From: Lingula anatina
Taxonomy: Eukaryota > Animalia > Brachiopoda
Assembly: GCA_051362555.1 (NCBI GenBank)
Contig: CM120642.1
Span: 4,278,001-4,342,000, forward strand
Length of the DNA stretch: 64,000 nucleotides
Direction: 5' to 3'
Shown here piece by piece: positions 53,901 to 64,000 of the stretch (positions are counted from its first letter, which is position 1; each line of letters starts with the position of its first letter). Under the pieces are notes generated by a model. It saw nothing but the letters and a program-made list of their open reading frames with translations, did no database searches and was not told the origin of the DNA. Both the position numbers and the translations under genes were made by a program.

Positions 53901-56797
53901 CAAAAACCAAACCGGGTACGTTAAAAAAAGATATATCGGTGAAAATATAAGACTCATCTGGGATCTTATGTACTCAACAAAAAGGCAAAATAAAGAAGGG
54001 ATGGCAATTTTCTTAGATTTTAAAAAAGCGTTCGATTGCATTGAATGGGAATTTATAAAAAAATGCCTGAAAATATTCAACTTTGGCCCTGACTTCATTC
54101 AGTGGTTTGACATTATGTACGCCAATGCTTCCAGTTGTATTACAAACAACGGATATTCCTCGCGATTCTTTTCAATTACAAGAGGTGTAAGACAAGGATG
54201 CCCACTGTCCGGCCCTTTATTCGTGCTGGCCGTAGAAATACTAGCCTGCGCAATACGCGCAGATCCATCCATACGGGGAATTACTATTGATCGTCATGAA
54301 CACAAATTATGCCAATATGCCGACGATACAACGCTATTTCTAAATGATGTTGGGTCCGCTAAAAACGCATTGAAATTAATATCTGAATTCAAACAAATTT
54401 CTGGTTTAGAACTAAACTTGAGCAAGTCCGAAGCCCTGTGGCTTGGAAGCAATAGATTCAACGACGAAAAGCCCCTCGGGTTGCTATGGCCGGATAGACC
54501 AATAAAAGCTCTCGGAATTCATTTCTCTTACGATTACGAAAGCTGCAGGTTTCTAGACTTCGATAGTAAAGTTGATCAAATTGAAAAGCTGCTTAACCTT
54601 TGGTCCAGCAGAGACCTCACATGGATTGGAAAGATACAAATACTGAAAACATTGGGTCTGGCTAAACTGGTTTATGCTAATACAGTTCTTGAGACCCCAA
54701 ATGATATTATTTTGAGGATAGATGCTTCATTCAAAAAATTTCTATGGAATGATAAAAAACCAAAATTAAAGCAAAATACATTAATAGCCCCAAAGAGTAA
54801 AGGTGGTTTAAATTTGACGCATGTGCCATCGCACGTGCGGTCTCTGAAGGCCTCAATGGTTAAGCGCATAATGTTAGCTGACAACGATGATCCGTGGGTT
54901 ATAAACATACTGAAATATTTAAGAAGTGTGGGAGGAAAACTTATTTTCAGTTGTAATTATGAACTGAAGAATATTAACATTTCGGACATACCACCTTTTT
55001 ACGTAGCCATGCTAGATGCATGGAGTAATGTAATACAAACAGACCCTAATAATGCCTCCGATATAAAGAAACAGATAATATGGAATAATAGATTCATACT
55101 TGTAAACAAAAAGTCAATATATCTAAGGCATTGGTCAAAAGCCGGAGTAAATTATATGCAAGATATTATAAATATTAATGGTGAATTTATATCATTAGAA
55201 GAAATAATAAATCAACACAACTTCGACATTAAGCTGCCGAATTTTCTAGAATACGAAAAAGTAAAAAAAATCAATTCCGATATCATGGTTACGTAAACTT
55301 CGGGAAAATGCAGAAACAGTTGACAACACAGACTCAGATGAGATAGTATGGACTCTAGCCTCTACAAAAACCATTTACGATAAGCTAATAGAAAGAAATG
55401 TAATAAATTTACCCACAGCAAGTTTGCATCTTATCAAATCAGGCGTAAGTGAAAATGATTGGCAGAGAGTTTTCTTGATACCATTTGAGTCTGTCAAAGA
55501 AACTCAACTACAAATAATGCAATACAGAATAATTCACAATGTGCTGTACACAAATTCTACACTGTTCAAAATGAAAATAGTTACTAGCCCAGGATGTATT
55601 AACTGCCATATGAAAGAAACAATAATACATCGTTTTGTAGAATGTGTACGTGCAAGAAATTTTTGGATTGCATTTGAAAACTGGTGGAACATTCCGAATA
55701 ACACCATACACTTCAGAAAAAATGAAAAAACTATAATGTACGGGTGTCTGTCAAGCGACCAGCGCGTAAAAGCTTTAAATTTCTGCATTATTGTGGCTAA
55801 ACAATTCATAAACAAAAATTCAGAAAATCCATCAGTCTATGATTTTGAACTGTTTCTGCATTTTCTTAGTCAGAAGAAGAAAATAGAAAAATACATTGCT
55901 ATAAAGACAGGAAAAGAAGACAGGTTCAATACAAAATGGAAACGCATTCCTACCATAACGTGTTAAAATTTTCACCTCTAGTACGCTATAGTTGCCGTTA
56001 TGTAGTTCACAACAAGCATGTATACGTGTAGTATGTATGGACGGATGAGTGAGTGAAAGTAAGTCTATATATTTATGTTCTTATTTATTTATCAGTATTT
56101 AATTACCGTAATTATTATCAGTATCATATGCATTTAATCTTTGATTTTCTGTCTAAATATTTCATTATATATGACATAGTTGCCGAGATGTAGCTCACAA
56201 CAAGCATGCATACGCGTAGTATGTATGGATGGATGAGTGAGTGAGAGTAAATCTATATATTTATGATCTTTTTATTTACCTATTAGTATTTAATTACCGT
56301 AATTATCACCAGCATTGTATTACATGCATTCAATCTTTCAATCTTTGATTATCTTTGTATATTTTCTTTTTTCTTTTTTTTTGAGTGAATAAATGCAATA
56401 AATAAATAAAAAAAAAAAAAAATAGTTTCCATGAAATTTTGGTTTAGTAGATAATTTACAAGTCCGTGGCTCGAAATCACTAACAGCAAATTTTGTTTGT
56501 GAGGCCTAAATATCAAAATGGCATTTCGGCCAGCTGGCATTTGCTTCCGGGAAGGTTTTGTTTGCAGAATAAATGAAGCAAATTCTCTTTGAAAGAAGCA
56601 TTATAAAAACCAGTGACCTAGAGCGTGCAAAAAAAATATTATTATCATTTCAGTGTAAACAGCTGTACACTTACCCTCGTCCTTACCAAATTCTGAAACC
56701 TGAAGTCATCGCACAGGCAGTCCTCTACGCAGTCACGCAGCCAGAGCACGTGGCCGTCAACGAGATTCTTGTGCAGCCGAGGGAGACCGCGCTGTAG
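47912..56797 (+). CDS. SDR copy C, intact reading frame, 258 aa
   Basis: Exons 47912-47930, 50540-50748, 51138-51278, 51622-51714, 52256-52426, 56654-56797. Exon sizes and motifs match copy B. Confidence 0.92.
48184..48670. repeat. Insertion beginning with a T-run and a perfect 26-bp palindrome (possible Helentron/HINE-type fragment)
   Basis: GTTAAAATCTCTTAAGAGATTTTAAC at 48190-48215. Sequence is absent from the paralogous introns of copies B and D. Right boundary is approximate. Confidence 0.45.
49398..50469 (+). mobile_element. Solo LTR interrupted by a MITE
   Basis: Ends TGTAACA and TGTTACA. TTGA TSD at 49394-49397 and 50470-50473. Empty site GATATTGATAGGGTGG at about 61490. AATAAA at about 50444. 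Confidence 0.8.
49530..50107. mobile_element. PIF/Harbinger-like MITE with a duplicated left end
   Basis: Long TIRs GCCCCTATTTCACACAGACCACGAATCCCACGAAT. TTA TSD. The left end is repeated at 49700. Confidence 0.85.
53050..56417 (+). mobile_element. 5'-truncated L1/Tx1-clade non-LTR retrotransposon in SDR C intron 5
   Basis: 13-bp TSD AAAAATAGTTTCC at 53037-53049 and 56418-56430. AATAAA plus poly(A) tail. Empty site in copy B at about 37655-37680. Confidence 0.95.
53077..55966 (+). pseudogene. LINE ORF2 (RT and C-terminal zinc finger), lacking the endonuclease, with one +1 frameshift
   Basis: Motifs RWYEKGE, NKTPGVDG, NWRPISLL, DFKKAFD, GVRQGCPLS, QYADD and CINC..ET..H...C. One extra A in the run at about 55263-55270 separates the two ORFs. 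Confidence 0.92.
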
Positions 56798-57258
56798 ATC
56801 ATACCACTTGCTTAGTGCTTGGTATCTATTGTGAAGCGGTGTTAGCAAAAAGATACATATTTTGGGATTCTTCTTTGTATCTGTCGTCATATTCAAGGGA
56901 CTCGTACATGTACATGTACCTTGGTTGGAGCAAGTGCCAAGACAAGGGCTTTTATAAACTAGATCTCTCTAAGCTACTGGACTTCACATTACATCAGGCA
57001 GTATATACCCCTGTACATTATTCTGCTTTCTTTTTGTGCAATTTTAAACCCTTGATCTTTTTGGGAGATCCATTTGAACAAGTATGCTGTTGCGCGCGCA
57101 GCTACAATTTGCACCCATGCATTACCAGGGCCATAGATAGAATTTTCACTAGATATTCACAGATAATGTCGCTGGTTAAATATCGTCAATCTCCTAACTG
57201 GAAATGTGAAAATTGTGCCTATAATATCCGCCACCCTGACAGAGGGTACATTAGAGTC

Positions 57259-57401
57259 AGGCCCGCAGCCAGCATTTTCAAAAGGAGGGTTCTTTTTCTG
57301 AAAAAATGTACCTAGATCAAATTTTACCCCCAGAGTGGACCTTTCCCAGCAAAAAGGGCGATTCTTTTGAACCCCCCCCCCCCCCTCCCGGCTACGGGCC
57401 T
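57259..57401. mobile_element. Small MITE
   Basis: TIRs AGGCCCGCAGCC and GGCTACGGGCCT. Absent at the paralogous site near 46400. Confidence 0.7.
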
Positions 57402-57639
57402 CAGATTGGTGATTATAATGCAGCTGCAGTGCGCGCGCAATACTGCGTCATTTAGCAGAATTTTACAAACTGGATGGACAGGTAAATTGGTCAATTTTCG
57501 ACCAGAATTGTGATGAAGGTACAGTTTGAAAGCTCCTTTTTGGCTGAACGAGGGGTTACATTGGATTATGACTTGGCATGTCGACTTTATTTTAGCTTTA
57601 TAATGATACTACTACTACTACTACTTTTAATAATAATAA

Positions 57640-57670
<31 letters not shown>

Positions 57671-57889
57671 CTTTTTATAAGGCGCCTAACATGCTACCTC
57701 AAGGCGCCTTACAATGATGGATAATATAACTAAAATCATTAAAATAACGACAATATTTAAATCTAAAACACTCATTGGAAACCATTTAGAATTAACACTG
57801 CTAATCTTATTAAAATCTATATTTAAAAAATCTAAGAGATATAGATAGATTTAAAAATGTGGGCCTTTAGAAGTGATTTAAAATTGTCA

Positions 57890-58032
57890 GCCAAGCGGGC
57901 AACTTATGTTTAAACAACGTTGAACCATAACATTGATAAGACGTTGGATAAACGTTGGATTTGAAAGTTGGATCAACGTCAGATAACAACATTGTATCAA
58001 CCCCAGTTGTTAGACAACATTCTTGCATGAAA

Positions 58033-58088
<56 letters not shown>

Positions 58089-58590
58089 AAAGTTACGGTC
58101 ACCTCAACCTGTCTATCTATAACAGGGTACCCTGAACTGTCAACATTGTTAACTTCACTCCATCACATTTACAGCGACTTATTCATCCTAGTATTAGCTG
58201 ACCTTTGCCAGGAAGTGTGTTGGAATGTATTTCTGAATAACAAGTTAAAAAAATTCACTAGTTCACTAAAGACACAAAAAAAAATTGTCTCTTTTACTTT
58301 AAAGCACCATTTTTTAATATTTTGATAAAGTTCGCTACAGTATTGATTAACATAGTATCACGTTTTCAATAATTAATATTTTAAATTACAATCCATGTCT
58401 TGCATCACGACGACCAAACAACAACGTTGAGTCAATGACCAAAATACAACGTTGAGTCAACGTCACATTATGACGGTGTTTTTAATTTGCTGGATCAACG
58501 TTGATTTTACGTTGAATTTAGGTAGATCAACGGCAATTCAACGTCCAAACCTGTTTTCAACGTTGATCCAACGTCACTATGCCTGCTGGG
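57890..58590. mobile_element. Non-autonomous element with CAACGTTG subterminal repeats (EnSpm/CACTA-like)
   Basis: Ends GCCAAGCGGGCA and TGCCTGCTGGG. Many (C)AACGTTG motifs near both ends. Absent at the paralogous site near 46800. Contains (TA)n at 58037-58085. Confidence 0.65.
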
Positions 58591-60172
58591 AGTCTTCTGC
58601 TTTTCTAATAAAATTAAATAAAGAAAAGGTGTTTTAAAAATATTTGGAATTCACACTCGCTAAATATGAAACTTTATCGTAAAGACAAGGTAAAATATAA
58701 GTGGCTTAACACACATCCTCTTCTTAAGACCTCCGGGAAAGCGTTTTGTCAATAGTGCCCTACTAAGAGCGCTCAGGTAATATCAGACTTTATAACGAAT
58801 TGTGCGTTTTCGAACTCAAGCCTAAGATATGTGGCACACAGGCCCAAATGTGTGGCTCAAACCACGATTTCATGGTATGAATGCGAGATTACTGGCTACT
58901 TGCAATATGTTTCAATCCACAAACCTTTAATCCGTTCGGCAGTTTTCGTACGTGCCGGGGATTGTCTACAGCGCATTACCCCCGTATTAATAAGCAGTAT
59001 GGATGGTATATTTCCGGTAGACTAAAGAAACATATTAGTTTCATTGGTTTTGGACCTTTTTTATTTTTCGTTAATTTTCCCCACATAGGTACATTTCAAT
59101 CTAGTTTCTCATAACTTATTTTCGCTGATTCGGTTGGTCTTCATATCGAGGGTTATTTGCTTCTTTGCCAGGTTTTATCTCATGAATTACCGAAAAATAA
59201 TGTGAAGTAGCTGCTACGTTTGCGTCTGATATGCCATTTCAAAGTATGTTGCATAAAACAATCCCATCGCTTTCAGTTTGTAACTGAATTCTCATTCTAC
59301 GATACACATGTAATTTACTACAGTACTTGTATTTCTACATACATGCACGTATTTTAAAATTGAAATTGATATCCAAATTAATTTTCAATACATTTATGTT
59401 TAATAAAAGTGATGAAATTAACTAAATTCAGAAGTATTGGAAGAACTATGATGAAATAAGGTGATCAGAAAAGGTTAACAAATAATTTTACTATAAAAAA
59501 TGACATAAGCCGTTGTTGAAAGAAATTTGCCAACTGACAGCGGCTTGAAAGGGTTTGGTTTTACTCTTGATGGGCCGATTTATCCCCAGTCCCATTCAAT
59601 TTAATGGATTGTAAACAAACGTTGATAATTATCGGCATTTAAGACGCAAATTATTCGAATGTGGATCCTTGAAAGTGGGAACAAGATATGCATTGATTGA
59701 AAAGAACTTTTTTCTTTTTATTGCGCTCTTGACAACACTGTGGCTCGCTATTTTGGTGATCTGGTAAATGCTATGACTATGTACGAGTATATGCTTACAT
59801 TTGGGTTAAAACAGTCCTAGCAGAACAGGACGTGGTGTGGTATCTGTATATTTTATGAGCATTAGTGGAAGTACCAGTAAAAATCGACAGTTGTTGATAT
59901 AAAGAAAATCGATCATTTTAAAATGTTTCGTTCTTAATTTCCGTTGAACTTGAACTTGGCCATTTATAAATATTAGTATACCCCCCTCCCTCCACCACCA
60001 CCACCAAAACCACCCCACCACCCCGACCCTTATGTGTGAGTCTGCATGATTTTACAATATCATGAGTCAGGAACTTACAAACAAAGAAACCGAATGAATA
60101 TTATCTTAACTATCAGGTGAGGAAAACATGGATGCTTTATTGATTTTATCATATCATTAGACTGAGATTCCA

Positions 60173-60205
<33 letters not shown>

Positions 60206-60464
60206 ATACAAGTAAGCTGATCACGTTTACATTGTTGTTTTTTAATCTAATAAGTTCACGCTGTGACAAAACATGGGAATTTGGTTACAGTTTTATTACT
60301 TGTGATTGCTGTTCTTCGGCGCCCTCTAGCGATGATTTACAAGCAATGCATGATGTGTTTATCAGCCCCAACAGGGTGACCTGGGAAGTACGTACATGTA
60401 CATGTAGCATTGCATTTTAGCAGAGAAAATCGTACATTTAAGTTAACTTAAAGTACTCCTTGGG

Positions 60465-62217
60465 ATGCAGTCGTCTGCAAGAGGTGAGTTCAAGCACCAT
60501 CTAAGTAAACGGGGAAGGTGATAAATTTATACTGGTAGTTTTGATATGCCTACAGTACAAAAGGTGCTTTCAGTGGGATCAGTGCAACAGAACCTAGATT
60601 TTCACAATGCCTGAACTGCACGTCTATTAAATGTCGCTATATCTAGGTCACACAAAGTCATGCGTGTTTTTAAAATGGGTGTATCATATTGCATTGTTGA
60701 AGACATTTTGTCTGAGTACATGTTGATGGCATCTATAGTTGACTGAAACCTGGATGTACCTGTAAACATGTAAATGCACGTCACCTCGAAGCATTCCGAC
60801 CAATGGGAGCTGGGTTTGAGGGAGGGGGGGGTCCGGGATCATCCCACGCGTTGCTAACGCTTTAGTGTAGGCCTACTCATCTCTGATGCTCTATGATATA
60901 TAATATACTATATAATATACCGGCGATGTTCCATAGCTACGGGGTTGGCATAAAGGGACAACTTGAAAAGAAATGCACGTGTGCACCCGGTACATGTATG
61001 TGTATATTTGTGTGCATGTGTGCGTACGTGACGACATGTACGTTTATCAGACTTATGAAAGCTCAAGGGGGTTGACCTCCCAAGACCAAAGTACGTTGCG
61101 TATTTTGATAATTTTGGCATTTTTCACTCATTTGCACACAGAACATTAAGAATAATATGAACAGCGACATTGGCCTTCTTTGTCAAAATTTGCGCATGAA
61201 ATATAGCACAGGTGCTGATCAGACTTATGCTCCCTATTTCTTTAGTGTTCACTAAATCGGGGGATGCGTAAGCTCAGCACCTGTGCTATACTTCATTTAA
61301 TGCTAAATATATCAAAATTCAACGTACTTCCGTCTTGGAACTTAAACTCCTTGCTGTTGAGCTGAGTTGCATCAGGGAATTATAATTCCCTGGTTGCATG
61401 ATATTCAGACAGTTCAATGGAAGTGTCACCGGAAGGATATCTGGAAGTAACAATCGCAAAACGAAGCTTCTGCAAGGCTGCGTTTTACCGATATTGATAG
61501 GGTGGACAAGGTCTAATAAAATAAGTTCTATTCATTCAACAGAAAATATAATACATTTTACAGATTATAAACCTCTTTCTGGAAAGGTTGCCGTGGTAAC
61601 AGGGGCCTCTTGTGGCATTGGTGCTGCCATCTCTCGTCAACTGGCTGCTGCTGGTGCCAAGGTTGCCATGGCAGCAAGGCGGGAGAACTTGTTAAAAGAA
61701 ATCCAGGATGATATTTCAAAGGAAGGGGGCGTAGCTCTAGCAGTGAAATGTGATGTCACAAACAGAGCTGAGGTAAAAAGGGTGTGATTGTGTGTGAATA
61801 AGATGTATTATGAATTGGGACACGACATTTTTTGAGCTACGGTAAGATTGGCGTAAGGCAATATTTATATAATTGCAGGAAATGAAACAAAGAAAATGAT
61901 TTGTTCGGGATTAACGATAATTTAAGTGAAGGGCGGCGAGTTATATGCGGCATCTCCGTGTTCTTCAAAGTGGAAGCAACGTGGTTCTTTACATGTCAGG
62001 ACTATACTTATACATTGATAATAATGGTCTTAAAACCAAGCAAAAAAAGAGTACAATTCTAAATATCTCCGCATAGGTGAAGGAGCTTATTCAGCACACA
62101 GAAAGCACCCTGGGGCCTGTAGATATCTTGGTGAATAACGCGGGTATCTGGGTGATAAGGTGTATGAAGAACCTTCATGAGGAGGAGTGGGATCAGCAAG
62201 TGGATGTGAACATCAAG
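60465..62217 (+). CDS. SDR copy D, exons 1-3 only (remainder outside the window or lost)
   Basis: Exons 60465-60483, 61564-61772 (TGASCGIG) and 62077-62217. The next intron is filled with repeats up to the window end. Confidence 0.8.
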
Positions 62218-63077
62218 GTAGGGCCACTGTGGTTCCCAAAGTGTACTGGTATTCAGCAATTATCGGCAATCCTTAAGTTTGGACTGGGATTGGTTGTTTT
62301 GTACCATTTCAATTAAACCAAATTGTTCTCAGCGAATTGTTTATTTAAAATGCCATGCGTCTTCCTGGCTTCTCACAGAAGGCAAAGCCAACATCGACTT
62401 CTGTTGTTATTATTGTACCACTAGCGCGGCGCTGGCGGTACACATGGTTTTAGTCCCAACCCATCTCGTCCACCACGTCACCGTTACCGCTGCTCCTTTC
62501 AGGCTACAAGAGCCTGCGTACCCATCTCTTGCATTTAGGTCACATATAATCTCAACTCGATCCACGTAAATTTTGAGGATTGTCGGTGCACAAGTCTAAG
62601 ACCCTTGTCCAAAATTTGCAAAATTAAATGCTAAATATCTCCCAAACCAAAGGAATTAACGGAAACTTTCTATAGATGGCTGACCGAAAGTCATATGTGG
62701 AGATTTTAAATGTGCCCTTGGATTTGACCTTTATTTCAATCTCAAACGGGCCAAAATTTTCTAAAAATGGGAATGCTGATTTTCAGAAACGTTACAGACC
62801 TAACCTACATGTATAGTATTATGGGCTGGTGTTACATTTAGAGCAGATGTTGCATTTAGCGTCATCTTTCATCTTCGTGAGTTTGGGTCAACCGGTGCAT
62901 TTTCACGGGAGAGGCAGTCATTAGACGCCGAAACTGAAAACTCTCTCTAATTTTGTAACCGTAAATGCAAGAGGCCTCTTGTTTTTTTACAGTTTATAGA
63001 GCTTATCAAGCGCAACACTCATAGTGCTGTCCCCTTTTTTGTTTTCCATACGGTTACGAGTTGCGCTATATCAAAGT

Positions 63078-63897
63078 GTCAAATTTTCATAATGAAAATG
63101 TGACTCCCCCCATGAAATTTTGACTCTCCCTTACAAAACTTTATAAATCTTATTTTATTTGAGTATATGACTTTTATATTGTAGTATGCATTATGAAAGA
63201 TACATTGACACGTTTTTGTAGGTTGCAGGTGAAAATTTTAATGAGAAAATAAATTTTAAAATGTGTATTTTACCACTCAATGACTCCCTTATGAAAAAGC
63301 TATTTATTTATATCTGGTGATCATTTCAACATCTTTTCTTTAAGTATACTTTATGAATAACATATTGGAAATATTTGAAAGTTTGATGGTAAAATATTGG
63401 GTGCAAAAAATGAAAATAAAATCATGAAAAATCTTCATATTCATACCCGTGGGATTTGGACTCCCATGAAGAAAAGGCCCTGTTTTATATTTAGTCACCA
63501 TACCACTGTTTTCCACATGGTTTACATAGCGACATATATTTTGTTAGTATTTAAAAGTTTGATGATGAAAATTTTGGTGAAAATTGATCATTTTTGAAAC
63601 AAGTATTCATGTTATTATCTGTAGGATTTAGACTCCCATAGCCTTTTCATAGGAGTTATTGGGTGGATAAATACACATTTTTGATTTTCTTATTTTCTCA
63701 TGAAAATTTTCAAAAAGTGTCAATGTATCCTCCATTATGCATACTAGGAGATAAAAGTTATGTACTCAAATAAAATAAGGTTTATTAAGTTTTGTAAAGG
63801 GGAGTCAAAATTCCATGGGGGGGGGAGTCAGATTTTCATAATGAAATTTTGACTGGGGGAGTCAGATTTTCATGGGAGTCAGATTTTCATGTTACAC
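63078..63897. mobile_element. Foldback-type element with long imperfect inverted arms
   Basis: About 63080-63290 is the reverse complement of about 63650-63890. GACTCCC / GGGAGTC(A) subrepeats recur at both ends. Confidence 0.65.
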
Positions 63898-64000
63898 AAA
63901 TTTTGAGTTGAGATGCACTACATTTCAACCCCGCTGTGAATCATTACTATCACATCGCATACTGGGCAAGAGCGGTGTCGCGTCTGATACATCGAAGAGC

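Noticed and set aside
56815-57315. 166-aa ORF after SDR copy C
   Set aside because: The paralogous region at 38034-38460 has indels and does not keep the frame. It is 3' UTR or flank.

Overview
AT-rich, intron-containing animal genomic DNA, probably from a marine invertebrate; the taxon is inferred, not determined. Host genes, all on the + strand: (1) a 159-aa secreted precursor (signal peptide, 6-Cys Gly/Ala-rich peptide ending in a G-KR amidation/cleavage site, then two EF-hands), probably the last copy of a tandem family; (2) a complete 13-exon tryptophan 2,3-dioxygenase; (3) a tandem array of four YdfG-like short-chain dehydrogenases (one lacks two exons, two are intact, one runs off the window). 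Mobile DNA: a young full-length Gypsy element inside the peptide gene, a young BEL/Pao element, a 5'-truncated L1/Tx1 LINE, a long-TIR Academ-like element carrying a Tc1 relic, a solo LTR and several MITEs. The most unusual signals are Tf1-style self-priming geometry with a non-canonical TG...TA end in the BEL element, the peptide-plus-EF-hand precursor, a transmembrane-like insert in Gypsy Pol, and repeated PBS-like motifs in the Gypsy U5. All coordinates were read by eye; no database searches were run.
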